47,512 nucleotides of DNA from Candidatus Woesearchaeota archaeon (GTDB lineage Archaea; Nanobdellota; Nanobdellia; Woesearchaeales; CG1-02-33-12): contig JAFCCI010000001.1 of assembly GCA_017610275.1 (NCBI GenBank), positions 1 to 47,512 on the forward strand. Direction: 5' to 3'. Positions 28,558-37,781 of this stretch are shown in pieces. The position numbers and the translations under genes were made by a program. The notes beneath the pieces were generated by a model. It was not told the origin of the DNA. It was given only the letters and a program-made list of their open reading frames with translations, and made no database searches. How positions within the stretch are numbered: the first letter of the stretch is position 1; each line of letters starts with the position of its first letter.

Positions 28558-29565
28558 TTATTCAAGCAATTTACTTATTGATTTGCTATGATTTAACCTG
28601 CTGATAACTTCTGCAAAGTAACTTGCAACAGAAACCTCTTTATACCAAGGATTGTTTTCCTGGAAATCATTTTTGTGATAAACAGCGTCAGTTCCAATAA
28701 CTGCTGTTAAATGCCCCTTTTCATAAGCTTTTGTTATTTTTTCTAATGCATTTCCATTAAATAAAGCAAGGCTGCAAGCCACATATATCTTTTTAGCACC
28801 ATTTTCTTTAGCTTTCTTAACAACATTTATCAAAGTTTCAGCAGTATCAATCATGTCATCTATTATTAGAACATCTCTCCCTTTAACCTCTCCTACTATC
28901 TGGGTTGATTCAAGGGAATTAGGCACATCATAGTTTCTGTCCTTATAGGCAAAAACTAAGCGTGTTTTAAGTTGTTTAGCATAATGTTTAGCTTTTGGTG
29001 CTCCACCCAAATCGGGAGGCATAATTACTAAATTTTCAAGATTGAACATTTTTTTATGGCACTTAATATAATCAATAATATTTTTAGAGGCATGTAAATC
29101 TTCAAATTTAGCCTTTCTAAAAAATCCAGCAATAGATGTGTTATGCACATCTAAGGTTATAACACGATTTGCATGAGCGTCCTCAATCTCTCTTGCAACT
29201 GCTGCTGCAGTTATTCCTTCCCTTCCCTTTTGTTTATCCTGCCTTGCATAGGGAAATACAGGAATAATTGTTGTTATATAATTTGCATCACTTCTCCATG
29301 CAGCATCAATAGCTGTTTTTAATGCCCTTAAATTTTCATCAACAGAACACCCATTAGCAGAATTTTCAACATCCTGAATAATATAAACATCTGCTCCCCT
29401 TATACTCTCTTTTATAACTGATTTTCTTTCTGTGTTTGCAAATTTTACTTCACTAGAACTAATAAATCTAACATCTCCATTTTTTTTAATAATCTCATCT
29501 AGAATTTTCTTTGCAAAATGTCTCCCTGATTCACAGGCGAGAATACTTAACTTGCCCCTTGTCAT
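28558..29565 (-). CDS. prs: ribose-phosphate pyrophosphokinase
   Basis: PYARQDK, DVHN, PDLGG, IIDDMIDTA. Confidence 0.95.
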   Translation of the reverse strand: MTRGKLSILACESGRHFAKKILDEIIKKNGDVRFISSSEVKFANTERKSVIKESIRGADVYIIQDVENSANGCSVDENLRALKTAIDAAWRSDANYITTIIPVFPYARQDKQKGREGITAAAVAREIEDAHANRVITLDVHNTSIAGFFRKAKFEDLHASKNIIDYIKCHKKMFNLENLVIMPPDLGGAPKAKHYAKQLKTRLVFAYKDRNYDVPNSLESTQIVGEVKGRDVLIIDDMIDTAETLINVVKKAKENGAKKIYVACSLALFNGNALEKITKAYEKGHLTAVIGTDAVYHKNDFQENNPWYKEVSVASYFAEVISRLNHSKSISKLLE

Positions 29566-29673
29566 AATACCACCCTAAAACTTAAACAAATGAGCATCTT
29601 TAAAAATATTTATATCATATAAAATATTTAACAAAGAAAACAAATAAATACTAGCTCTATTAGGAAATATTAT

Positions 29674-31062
29674 ATGCAAATAAAACTTTTTGGAGCAGCC
29701 AAGACAGTAACCGGCTCTTGCTATAGCCTGGTTACAGGAAAAAACAAAATTCTTATTGACTGCGGCATGTTTCAGGGAAGCAAGAAAGAGACAGCCTTAA
29801 ACTATGGAAATTTTGGATTTAACCCAAAGGACTATTCAGCACTTCTCCTTACACATGCGCATCTTGACCACTGCGGCAGGATTCCTAAGCTTGTGAAAGA
29901 AGGTTTTAATGGAAAAATTTATTGCACATCAGCAACAAAAGACTTGGCCCGTATTATTATGCTGGATTCTGCAAAAATAAACTGGTATGATGTTAAATTA
30001 GAGAATAAGAGAAGACAAAGATTAGGCCAGCCACCAAGAGAGCCAATATATACTGAAAAGGATGTTGAAAATACAATGAAATTATTTGATGTTATTGAAT
30101 ATGACAAAACTATCCAAATTTCTGAGAATATTAGTGCAACTTTTTATGATGCAGGCCATATCCTTGGGTCAAGCTTTATTCAGGTTAAAATAATTGAGGA
30201 AGGTAAGATCACAACAATTGTTTTCTCAGGTGATCTTGGTCAGGAAAACACACCAATAATAAAAAATCTGGAGCATATTAAAAAGGCAGACTGCATATTT
30301 ATTGAGTCAACCTATGGAGACAGGATACATCCGCCAATAAAAGAAAGAAAGCAAGAGCTTCTCAGTATAATACATAAAATCTATAATAATGGTGGAAAGC
30401 TTCTTATCCCTGCATTTGCAGTTGAAAGAACACAGGAGATTCTTTATGATATTAACGAATTAGTTGAGAAAAACCTAATTCCTAAGATAAATATTTATGT
30501 TGATACTCCTATGGGCATAAGGGTAACAGAAGTTTTCAAGAGGCATCCTGAATGCTATGATAAAAAAATACTAGAGCTTCTTAAATCAGGAGACAACCCA
30601 TTTTCTTTTCCTGGATTAAAATATACTCTCTCTGTAAAAGACTCAATTAAGCTTAACAACCTTCATGAGCCATGCATAATAATTGCAGGCAGCGGGATGT
30701 GTACTGGCGGCAGGATAAAACATCACATAAAGCACAATATATGGAATAAAAGAAACACAATGCTGTTTGTGGGCTATCAGGCAAAGGGCACTCTTGGCTA
30801 TTATATAAAAAGAGGGGAAAAAAGAATAAGGCTTTTGGGAACACAAGTAGTTGTCAAGGCAAAGATTGAATCAATTGATAGTTTTTCAGCCCATGCAGAT
30901 TATAAAGGCCTGCTTAACTGGCTCAAGCATTTTTCTCCAAAGCCAAAAAAAGTCTTTATAGTGCATGGTGAAGAAGAGGCAATGATACCTTTCTCAAAAA
31001 GAATTGAAAAGCTTGGCATAAAGACAAAAATTCCTGAGATGGAAGAAGAAATTACTCTTTAA
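29674..31062 (+). CDS. MBL-fold beta-CASP nuclease
   Basis: VTGS, DCG, THAHLDH, AGHILGS, SGD, ESTYG, FSAHAD, VHGE. Confidence 0.93.
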   Translation: MQIKLFGAAKTVTGSCYSLVTGKNKILIDCGMFQGSKKETALNYGNFGFNPKDYSALLLTHAHLDHCGRIPKLVKEGFNGKIYCTSATKDLARIIMLDSAKINWYDVKLENKRRQRLGQPPREPIYTEKDVENTMKLFDVIEYDKTIQISENISATFYDAGHILGSSFIQVKIIEEGKITTIVFSGDLGQENTPIIKNLEHIKKADCIFIESTYGDRIHPPIKERKQELLSIIHKIYNNGGKLLIPAFAVERTQEILYDINELVEKNLIPKINIYVDTPMGIRVTEVFKRHPECYDKKILELLKSGDNPFSFPGLKYTLSVKDSIKLNNLHEPCIIIAGSGMCTGGRIKHHIKHNIWNKRNTMLFVGYQAKGTLGYYIKRGEKRIRLLGTQVVVKAKIESIDSFSAHADYKGLLNWLKHFSPKPKKVFIVHGEEEAMIPFSKRIEKLGIKTKIPEMEEEITL

Positions 31063-32032
31063 TGATATTCTTTATTTCTTCCTGTAAGTTTCTGTTTATC
31101 ATTGAGTCATGGCTTGCAACAACCTGCGCAGCAACATAAGAAGCAATCTTTCCTGAGGTTTTTACATCAAAGCCATGTGAGATTCCATAGAGAAAGCCGC
31201 CAGCATAAGCATCTCCTGCTCCGGTTGTGTTTATGGCGTTTACCTTAAAGCCATTTATTTTGTGAAGGCCATCATTATTCATAATAAGACTGCCTTTTTC
31301 TCCAATCTTTACAATTGCAATATCACAGGATTTTTTTATTTCCTCAACTGCCTCAATTGGTTTTTTGTTGGTTAGCTTTTCTGCTTCATCTTCATTTACA
31401 AAGATAATATCAGCATAATCTTTCATTATCTTATTTACTTTTTCCCTGTGCCTTTCTATCAGTGCACGGTCTGCCAAGTCAATTGAAATTAAGATATTAT
31501 TCTTTTTTGCATATTCCATTGCATAAAATACTGCTTCTGCCGGTTTTTCACCATCCAATTGATATGCAGCAAAGTGTAATATCTTTGAATTACTTATATT
31601 ATTAAGGTTAATATGTTCTATGCTTAATTCCATTGCAGCTCCAAGATGGGTGACCATTGTCCTTTCTGTATCAGGAGTTACCATAATAACAGATGTGCCC
31701 TGCATTTCATTGCATGATTTTAAATCAGACATAATACCAATCTTCTTAATAAGATTTCGATAAGTATTGCCATTAAAATCATTTCCAGTCATTCCCAGAA
31801 AAAGAGGATTTCCCCCAAGCCTGCATACTGCTACAAGTGAGTTTGCAGCACTTCCACCAGGAGAATTTTTTACAAAGTTTTCATCAAGCATGGAAAGTAT
31901 CTTCCTGCTTTGCTCAGAATTTACAAGGTGCATCTTACTCTTTGTAAGGCCATTCTTAACTATAAAATCCTCGCTAACCTTTGCAACCTTATCAAGAAGA
32001 GGATATCCAATGCCTATAACATCATATTTCAT
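31052..32032 (-). CDS. PfkB-family (adenosine/inosine kinase-like) kinase
   Basis: PGGSAANS, ERTM, NEDEA, NTTGAGDAYAGG; start placed at MKYDVIGIG (32032). Confidence 0.9.
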   Translation of the reverse strand: MKYDVIGIGYPLLDKVAKVSEDFIVKNGLTKSKMHLVNSEQSRKILSMLDENFVKNSPGGSAANSLVAVCRLGGNPLFLGMTGNDFNGNTYRNLIKKIGIMSDLKSCNEMQGTSVIMVTPDTERTMVTHLGAAMELSIEHINLNNISNSKILHFAAYQLDGEKPAEAVFYAMEYAKKNNILISIDLADRALIERHREKVNKIMKDYADIIFVNEDEAEKLTNKKPIEAVEEIKKSCDIAIVKIGEKGSLIMNNDGLHKINGFKVNAINTTGAGDAYAGGFLYGISHGFDVKTSGKIASYVAAQVVASHDSMINRNLQEEIKNIIKE

Positions 32033-32041
32033 CTTTGTTCC

Positions 32042-32064
32042 AAATAAAAAACCGCCGGGACTGG
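32042..32064 (-). repeat. att-like duplication of the tRNA-Ser 3' end and trailer
   Basis: AAATAAAAAACCGCCGGGACTGG versus AAATAAAAAATCCGCCGGGACTGG at 37519-37542 (one indel). Confidence 0.8.
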
Positions 32065-32261
32065 ACGTCCGGACATTAAAGTAAAAAACCAACTATTTTT
32101 GCTGCTTTTTGGTTTCCTTTGTGTTTGCAAAGATGTAGTTATATAATAATCTTATGGTCTATAGCTTAGCATATCAACTAAACCAGAAAACGAATTATTA
32201 TTCTTTATTTATTGGGATAGTTGAATAAAATATTCATACTTGCTCAACCTATTTTAGTACC

Positions 32262-32924
32262 TTAAGAAACTCTCTTGATTTTTCTTTTAATAAGTTTAGC
32301 TACCCCATCAGGACTTAAACTTTCTGTATTAATCTCTATTATTTCTGTAACATCTGTGTTATATAAATTTCTAGCTTTGGCACTAATTAACTTTTTATAC
32401 ATTCCTACAAAATCCTTCTTAAGGAATAAACTATCATATTTTGACAATTGTTTGGCTTTAGACCTTCTTATTAGCTCTCCAAATGGAGCATCCAGGATAA
32501 ACAGATAATCTGGTTTTGGATCATTAGCTATAGCATTAAGAGTTCCTTCAAGACAATTTTTCCTTAATGGGCATTCAGGTCCAATGATTTCTAATGTTGT
32601 GAGATGAGATATTGCATTACGATCCCTCACTATATTGTATCCCTCTTTCAACAGCTTTAAGACCTCTTTGTTTCCAGTTATTAGATCTGCTAAATAATCA
32701 TAACAACCAGTTTTATTTAATCTTTCAAATGCAGATCTATTTATCCTCTCAATCTTTTCTGCATTTATTGGTCTTTTGTAATATTCCCAGCTGCCATCAA
32801 GAACATTGCTTAAAATCTTTCCAACTGTTGTTTTACCTGAACACGTAACTCCTTCTATAACAACATATAGATTAGGATAAACTCTTGATTCCAGATATTC
32901 ATACAAACTTTTTTTGTTGGGCAT
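32262..32924 (-). CDS. thymidylate-kinase-like NMP kinase
   Basis: VIEGVTCSGKTT P-loop, VRDR motif, KPDYLFILDA, LIRR lid. Confidence 0.8.
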   Translation of the reverse strand: MPNKKSLYEYLESRVYPNLYVVIEGVTCSGKTTVGKILSNVLDGSWEYYKRPINAEKIERINRSAFERLNKTGCYDYLADLITGNKEVLKLLKEGYNIVRDRNAISHLTTLEIIGPECPLRKNCLEGTLNAIANDPKPDYLFILDAPFGELIRRSKAKQLSKYDSLFLKKDFVGMYKKLISAKARNLYNTDVTEIIEINTESLSPDGVAKLIKRKIKRVS

Positions 32925-33027
32925 ACTATTCTTGATTTTAGGGAAACTATATAAATCTTATCTTTTTTACTATTAGTCAGTAGTTTTAATAGAAAGGTAT
33001 TTAAATAGGACGCTTATTATTTTAGAT

Positions 33028-34107
33028 ATGACTTCACATAAATGGATGATTGGCTTAGGAATCACATCTCACTGCAATATGTCCTGCTCTTTTTGCTACA
33101 GTAAATATAGAAGAACAAACAATGATCTCCCACTCAATAAATGGCTAAATTTCTTTGATAAGAATCATAAAGAGATAAGGGATATTAATTTTGGAACTGG
33201 TGAGAATACGATTTCTGCTGATTGGTATATTTTAATAGAATATATAAGGAAAAAATACCCTAAAATAAAACAGGCAATTACTACAAACGGTTCCCTTTCA
33301 ATGATGATTAAAAAAAATAGGGCTTATGGGAATATAATTGCTAAGGCAATTGATGAGATAGATGTTTCTTTGGATTTTGGTGATGAAAAAAAACATATCA
33401 ATTTTAGGGGCAATTCTAATGCCTATAAATGGGCTATTGATACACTCCGGTTCTGCAGGGATCATAAAATACAATCAACAATTGTGGTAATGGGGATTGA
33501 GGATACCCTTAAAATTGAAAACCTGGAGAAAATTTTCAAAATAGCAAAAAAATATGGGGCGCTTATCAGATTCAATTTATACAGGCCCGTAAACAAATTA
33601 TGTACATTAAAACCCCCAAAAATAAAAGCAATAATCCTTGCTCTGGACTGGATAAATGAGAACCATATAATATGTTCATTAAGTGATCCACTTTTTAGCT
33701 CTATTTTAACAGATTCTGATATAAACCCGGATTCATCAGGGATTAATAGCATGAGAATTCTTCCAGATGGGGGAATATACCCCTCAACCTATTTAATAAA
33801 TGAGGAATTCAAGTCATACAATATTACAGATAAGGATGTTCTCCAAAAAATCAACTCATCAAATATTTTCACAAAAATAAGGAAAAGCAGTCTACCAAAA
33901 GATTGTGAAAGCTGCCCAAATAGGAATCGCTGCAAGGGTGGAGCTGTAGACCGAAGATACCTTTGGTATGGTACCTTGGAAAAAAGGGACCCTTATTGTC
34001 CAAAAAACTTTGATCTTCCGTTGAAGCTCAGGAAATATAAGACAGATAAGTCTTTCAGTTCTATTCATGACGGATATCTGCCAACACTATTTTTTAAACC
34101 AAAATGA
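33028..34107 (+). CDS. radical SAM protein with partial SPASM domain
   Basis: CNMSCSFC, NFGTGEN, TTNG, VSLD; C-terminal CESC-x5-CKGG...DPYC. Confidence 0.9.
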   Translation: MTSHKWMIGLGITSHCNMSCSFCYSKYRRTNNDLPLNKWLNFFDKNHKEIRDINFGTGENTISADWYILIEYIRKKYPKIKQAITTNGSLSMMIKKNRAYGNIIAKAIDEIDVSLDFGDEKKHINFRGNSNAYKWAIDTLRFCRDHKIQSTIVVMGIEDTLKIENLEKIFKIAKKYGALIRFNLYRPVNKLCTLKPPKIKAIILALDWINENHIICSLSDPLFSSILTDSDINPDSSGINSMRILPDGGIYPSTYLINEEFKSYNITDKDVLQKINSSNIFTKIRKSSLPKDCESCPNRNRCKGGAVDRRYLWYGTLEKRDPYCPKNFDLPLKLRKYKTDKSFSSIHDGYLPTLFFKPK

Positions 34108-35405
34108 AACAAAATCAAACTAAGAATTTATTAGTTAAAAATATTACTTTCCTTGATGAGAATTTTTCATTCAAAATTAATAAAAATATCTTAATAAACA
34201 AGGGCACTTTAAAACTGAAGTCTTCAAACAAATATTATAAAGACTGTGAAATTATAAATGGCAAGAACTTGATTGCAGTTCCCTCTTTTAATAATGCTCA
34301 TTTTCACCTAGGAGAAACAGTTTTTAGGGATCTAGCACCCCTTGATTCCTTACAGAACTACTTGCAGTATACAGATAAAAATTCGTTGTTAATCAATACA
34401 GATTTGGAATATAATACAATTTCTATGGTTTCATTAGCTGAACAGATTAAAAATGGAATCTCTCTTGTGAATTGTGCTAGAGGTTGGACTGCTGTAAAGC
34501 AATCTGGTATCAGGGGCTGCCTTGGCTACCCTTTGATGAAATCTAAAAAACTTAAAAAATTTTATGACTTATCTATTAAAAAAATAAAACTTGTGGGCAG
34601 ATATGATTCACAAACAAAAAATAACACCCAACATATATTGGCTGGGTTATGGATACATTCTCTTGAGAAAGTGGATAAAAAAATACTTAAAAAAATTGCT
34701 GAATTAAAATGCTTGGAAAATTTTAAGAATAGACCTTTAGCAATACATATTGCAGAAACAGAAGATATGACAAAGAGATTCAAAAATTCAAATAAAGTCT
34801 CAGAAATAACAATGCTTGAAAAATATGGTCTCTTGGGGCCAATGACTAATCTAATCCATTGTTGTTATGTATCACCTGAAGACCTTGAAATTATTGCAGG
34901 AACCAGGACAAACATAACGTTATGTCCACAATCAAATATAAACCTCAAGGAAGGAATCCCTTCAGCAAAGAAAATGGAAGAGCTTGGAATAAACCTTTCA
35001 ATAGGCACAGACGGTCTTGCAACAAACCCAACTCCATCACTTCTGAGCTCTTTGAGATATGCAAAATCACTCTGGGGAGATAAAATAGACAATAAAGCAC
35101 TATTCATGATGATAACTATAAATCCAGCAATTGCCTCTGGTTTTAGAAAAAAAGGGTTTATAAAGGAAAATTATCTTGCTGATCTTAACCTTTACTCAGT
35201 TAATAAGCCCTTCTCTGATCCAGATAAATTTATTCAATACTTAATTGATCAAAACCCAACACCTGTTTATCTCATAATAGATGGTAATATAATCATGAAA
35301 GAGGGCCATATAAAAACTTTTGATGAACAAAAAGAATATTTTAACTTTTATAAAATAAGAAAAAAACTAATCCAAAATGCAAAAAATAATCCAGCGCAAC
35401 TATGA
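34104..35405 (+). CDS. amidohydrolase (MTA/SAH/5'-deoxyadenosine deaminase-like)
   Basis: NAHFH, HIAE, IHC, CPQSN, GTDG, TINPA, ADL. Confidence 0.85.
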   Translation: MKQNQTKNLLVKNITFLDENFSFKINKNILINKGTLKLKSSNKYYKDCEIINGKNLIAVPSFNNAHFHLGETVFRDLAPLDSLQNYLQYTDKNSLLINTDLEYNTISMVSLAEQIKNGISLVNCARGWTAVKQSGIRGCLGYPLMKSKKLKKFYDLSIKKIKLVGRYDSQTKNNTQHILAGLWIHSLEKVDKKILKKIAELKCLENFKNRPLAIHIAETEDMTKRFKNSNKVSEITMLEKYGLLGPMTNLIHCCYVSPEDLEIIAGTRTNITLCPQSNINLKEGIPSAKKMEELGINLSIGTDGLATNPTPSLLSSLRYAKSLWGDKIDNKALFMMITINPAIASGFRKKGFIKENYLADLNLYSVNKPFSDPDKFIQYLIDQNPTPVYLIIDGNIIMKEGHIKTFDEQKEYFNFYKIRKKLIQNAKNNPAQL

Positions 35406-37062
35406 GCTGAACAGTTCGGAACAGGGGGGCAAAGTTGACTTCTCTAGAAAAAAAACCGCAAAGTATACAGTTGGAATAGGCTTTGCTTCAGAATATAAAT
35501 ATGCAATGCACACAATAGGTTTTCAATATCTTTATTTTAAAACAAATGATCATAAAAACTTTGTTGGTTATAGATTTTACTATCCTGATGAGGATTTAGT
35601 AGAAGAATATAAATCAAGAAAAATACCTCTCCTCTCACAAGAATTCTCAGAACCAATTAATACTCTTGATATCCTATTATTTTCGTTCAACTATGAATTG
35701 AACTATCTGCATTTTTTTGAGATGATGAAACTGGCAGGAATTACAGCATTGAGAGAAAAACGAAAAGAAAAAGATCCCCTTATCATAGTGGGAGGGATGT
35801 GTCCAACATATAATCCAGATCCCATTTCACCATTTGCAGATGTGATAGTCATAGGTGAGGCTGAAAAAGTATATGACAAGATTCTAGATGCCTATGAAAA
35901 AAAAGACGGCCGAAATAATCGCCTCTCTTTCTTAATGGAAGTAAACTCATTTCAGGGGGTATATATCCCCTCTTTTGGAAAGGAAAAGATAGTGAAAAAA
36001 GCAAAAATAGCTGACCTTGAAAAAAACATCTTTCTTCCAATTATTTCAAGTAAAACATTGTTTTCAGATTTTGCATTCATAGAAATAGGAAGAGGCTGCG
36101 GCAGAGGATGCCGTTTCTGCATGCTCGGCACAATTTTCAGGAAACCAAGGTTCAGATCATCTGAAAAAATAATTACCCTTTCAAAACAAATAAGAAAATT
36201 TACAAATAAAATAAGATTGGTTGCATCTTCTGAAAATGAGCATCCCAATATAAAGAAAATATACTCCTCCTTGATTTATATGGGTTTTGAAATAGACCTT
36301 AGGTCACAGAGAGCGGATCTTTTAGATTATGAGCTTGGTGAATTTTATTTTGGGTTAAAGGCAAAAGAATTAGCAGTAGCCCCAGAAACAGCATCTTTAA
36401 GAATTAGGAAGATGATAAATAAGACAATCTCCAATGAAAACTTGTTTACAGCAGTTGACATTGTGAGGAAAAATAAAATCAAAAAATTAAAACTATTCTT
36501 TATAATTGGATTTCCTGGAGAGACAGATGAAGAATCTCTTGAACTAATCAGCCTTTCACAAAAAATCCTCAAAAAACTGAACAAAACGCCAGCAGATAAA
36601 CACATATTAGAACTAAACATAAATACCCATATCAAGAAACCACATACAATATATGAAAGAGAACCACAGCAAAGAATTGAAAATTACATGACTTTGATTC
36701 AAAAAATAAGGCAAGAATTCTTAGAATATCCTACTATAAAAATAGTCACTATGGCACCAGAATCCATTGCTTTGGAATCCATAATTGTGAGGGGCACAAG
36801 TGAAGATGGTTTAAAATTATACAGGTTGTACCTAAAAAAAGCTACACTTGATATAAGTTATAAGGACATCAAGAATTGGTTCAGCAACAAATGGGAAACC
36901 TATTTTAATTATAAAAACTCAAGCTTACCCTGGAAAAACATTAACATAGGCATATCACAGAAATATCTGGACAAAGAAGCAAAAAAAGCAGCTTTACAGC
37001 AACAAACACTGCCTTGTGAAGGAGGTAATTGCAACCATTGTGGGGTGTGCCAAAACATTTAG
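35377..37062 (+). CDS. radical SAM protein with B12-binding-like N-terminal domain
   Basis: FSFNYELNY, IVGG..TYNP, IGEAE, EIGRGCGRGCRFC, APE, FIIGFPGET, C-terminal C..CNHCGVC. Confidence 0.88.
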   Translation: MQKIIQRNYELNSSEQGGKVDFSRKKTAKYTVGIGFASEYKYAMHTIGFQYLYFKTNDHKNFVGYRFYYPDEDLVEEYKSRKIPLLSQEFSEPINTLDILLFSFNYELNYLHFFEMMKLAGITALREKRKEKDPLIIVGGMCPTYNPDPISPFADVIVIGEAEKVYDKILDAYEKKDGRNNRLSFLMEVNSFQGVYIPSFGKEKIVKKAKIADLEKNIFLPIISSKTLFSDFAFIEIGRGCGRGCRFCMLGTIFRKPRFRSSEKIITLSKQIRKFTNKIRLVASSENEHPNIKKIYSSLIYMGFEIDLRSQRADLLDYELGEFYFGLKAKELAVAPETASLRIRKMINKTISNENLFTAVDIVRKNKIKKLKLFFIIGFPGETDEESLELISLSQKILKKLNKTPADKHILELNINTHIKKPHTIYEREPQQRIENYMTLIQKIRQEFLEYPTIKIVTMAPESIALESIIVRGTSEDGLKLYRLYLKKATLDISYKDIKNWFSNKWETYFNYKNSSLPWKNINIGISQKYLDKEAKKAALQQQTLPCEGGNCNHCGVCQNI

Positions 37063-37114
37063 GTAAATTTTATAAATAAAACACTTAACCATATATCAAA
37101 ATAGGCTGATTATA

Positions 37115-37462
37115 TTGAACTATAAAGACATAAAAAAATTGATTGGGAAAGAAATCGAAGTAGTGATAGACCGTAAGCTAGGTTCAAAACATCCCAAGTG
37201 GGGATTTATCTATCCTATAAATTATGGTTATGTTCAGGGTATAAAGGCGCCAGATGGAGATGATCTCGATGCTTATGTTTTGGATGTGTTTAAACCGGTT
37301 GAGAAATTCAAGGGGGTTTGTATAGCAATTATCCACAGAGAAGATGATAATGATGACAAGCTTGTTGTTGTTCCTAAAGGCAAAGATCTTACAGATGAAG
37401 CTATACTCGCCTTGGTTAAGTTTCAGGAAAGGTTTTTTAAGCCAACAATAATCAGGAAATAA
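37115..37462 (+). CDS. ppa: short family I inorganic pyrophosphatase
   Basis: YPINYGY, DGDDLDAYV, DDKLV. Confidence 0.85.
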   Translation: MNYKDIKKLIGKEIEVVIDRKLGSKHPKWGFIYPINYGYVQGIKAPDGDDLDAYVLDVFKPVEKFKGVCIAIIHREDDNDDKLVVVPKGKDLTDEAILALVKFQERFFKPTIIRK

Positions 37463-37544
37463 CACTATCTATCTAGGAATTAAATTTAGCCATAAATACA
37501 ACAGATGTTCTGCTCATAAAATAAAAAATCCGCCGGGACTGGGA

Positions 37545-37635
37545 CTTTCACCAATGGTTGCGAACGAAGTGAGCTCGGTGGGCTTGCTGTTAAGCAATGC
37601 TCACCCTTGCGTATCAAATGAGCGTAACCATTTGT
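37545..37635 (-). other. 91-nt non-canonical tRNA intron at 59/60
   Basis: BHB: TTCA/TGAA helix, AAA and AGT bulges, inner AATGGTT/AACCATT helix. Confidence 0.87.
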
Positions 37636-37667
37636 TTTGAACCCAGATATCCTTTCGGAAACTGGCT

Positions 37668-37701
37668 GTTTTGGGCAAATGCCTTAACAAACTTATTGCC
37701 G
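37668..37701 (-). other. 34-nt canonical tRNA intron at 37/38
   Basis: TTG/CAA helix, AGC and ACA bulges, inner GGCAA/TTGCC helix. Confidence 0.85.
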
Positions 37702-37781
37702 CTCAAGGCCAGCGCAATGCCAGATTATGCGATCCCGGCTTGGTAATTCAGAACTTCTCTTAAATTTAAATAACTTTTGCT

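Larger units (their letters stand above)
32042..37542. mobile_element. ~5.5-kb tRNA-Ser-associated genomic island, no integrase visible
   Basis: Direct repeats matching the tRNA 3' end bracket five accessory genes. Confidence 0.7.
37531..37739 (-). tRNA. tRNA-Ser(TGA) with two introns (37/38: 37668-37701; 59/60: 37545-37635)
   Basis: GCCGGGA/TCCCGGC-G acceptor, CTGGC-CTTGAGA-GCCAG anticodon arm, long variable arm TCCGAAAGGA, CTGGG-TTCAAAT-CCCAG after splicing. Confidence 0.9.

Noticed and set aside
32033..32092. N-terminal extension of the PfkB kinase
   Set aside because: Runs through the att-like repeat; family pattern starts at MKYDVIGIG.
33028..34107. Canonical prokaryotic viperin
   Set aside because: Has a SPASM-type C-terminus and lacks the viperin-like N-x-H strand before the CxxxCxxC motif; kept only as an analogy.
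37703..37705. Selenocysteine or suppressor tRNA
   Set aside because: Anticodon is TGA (reads UCA, Ser), not TCA; normal 7-bp acceptor stem.
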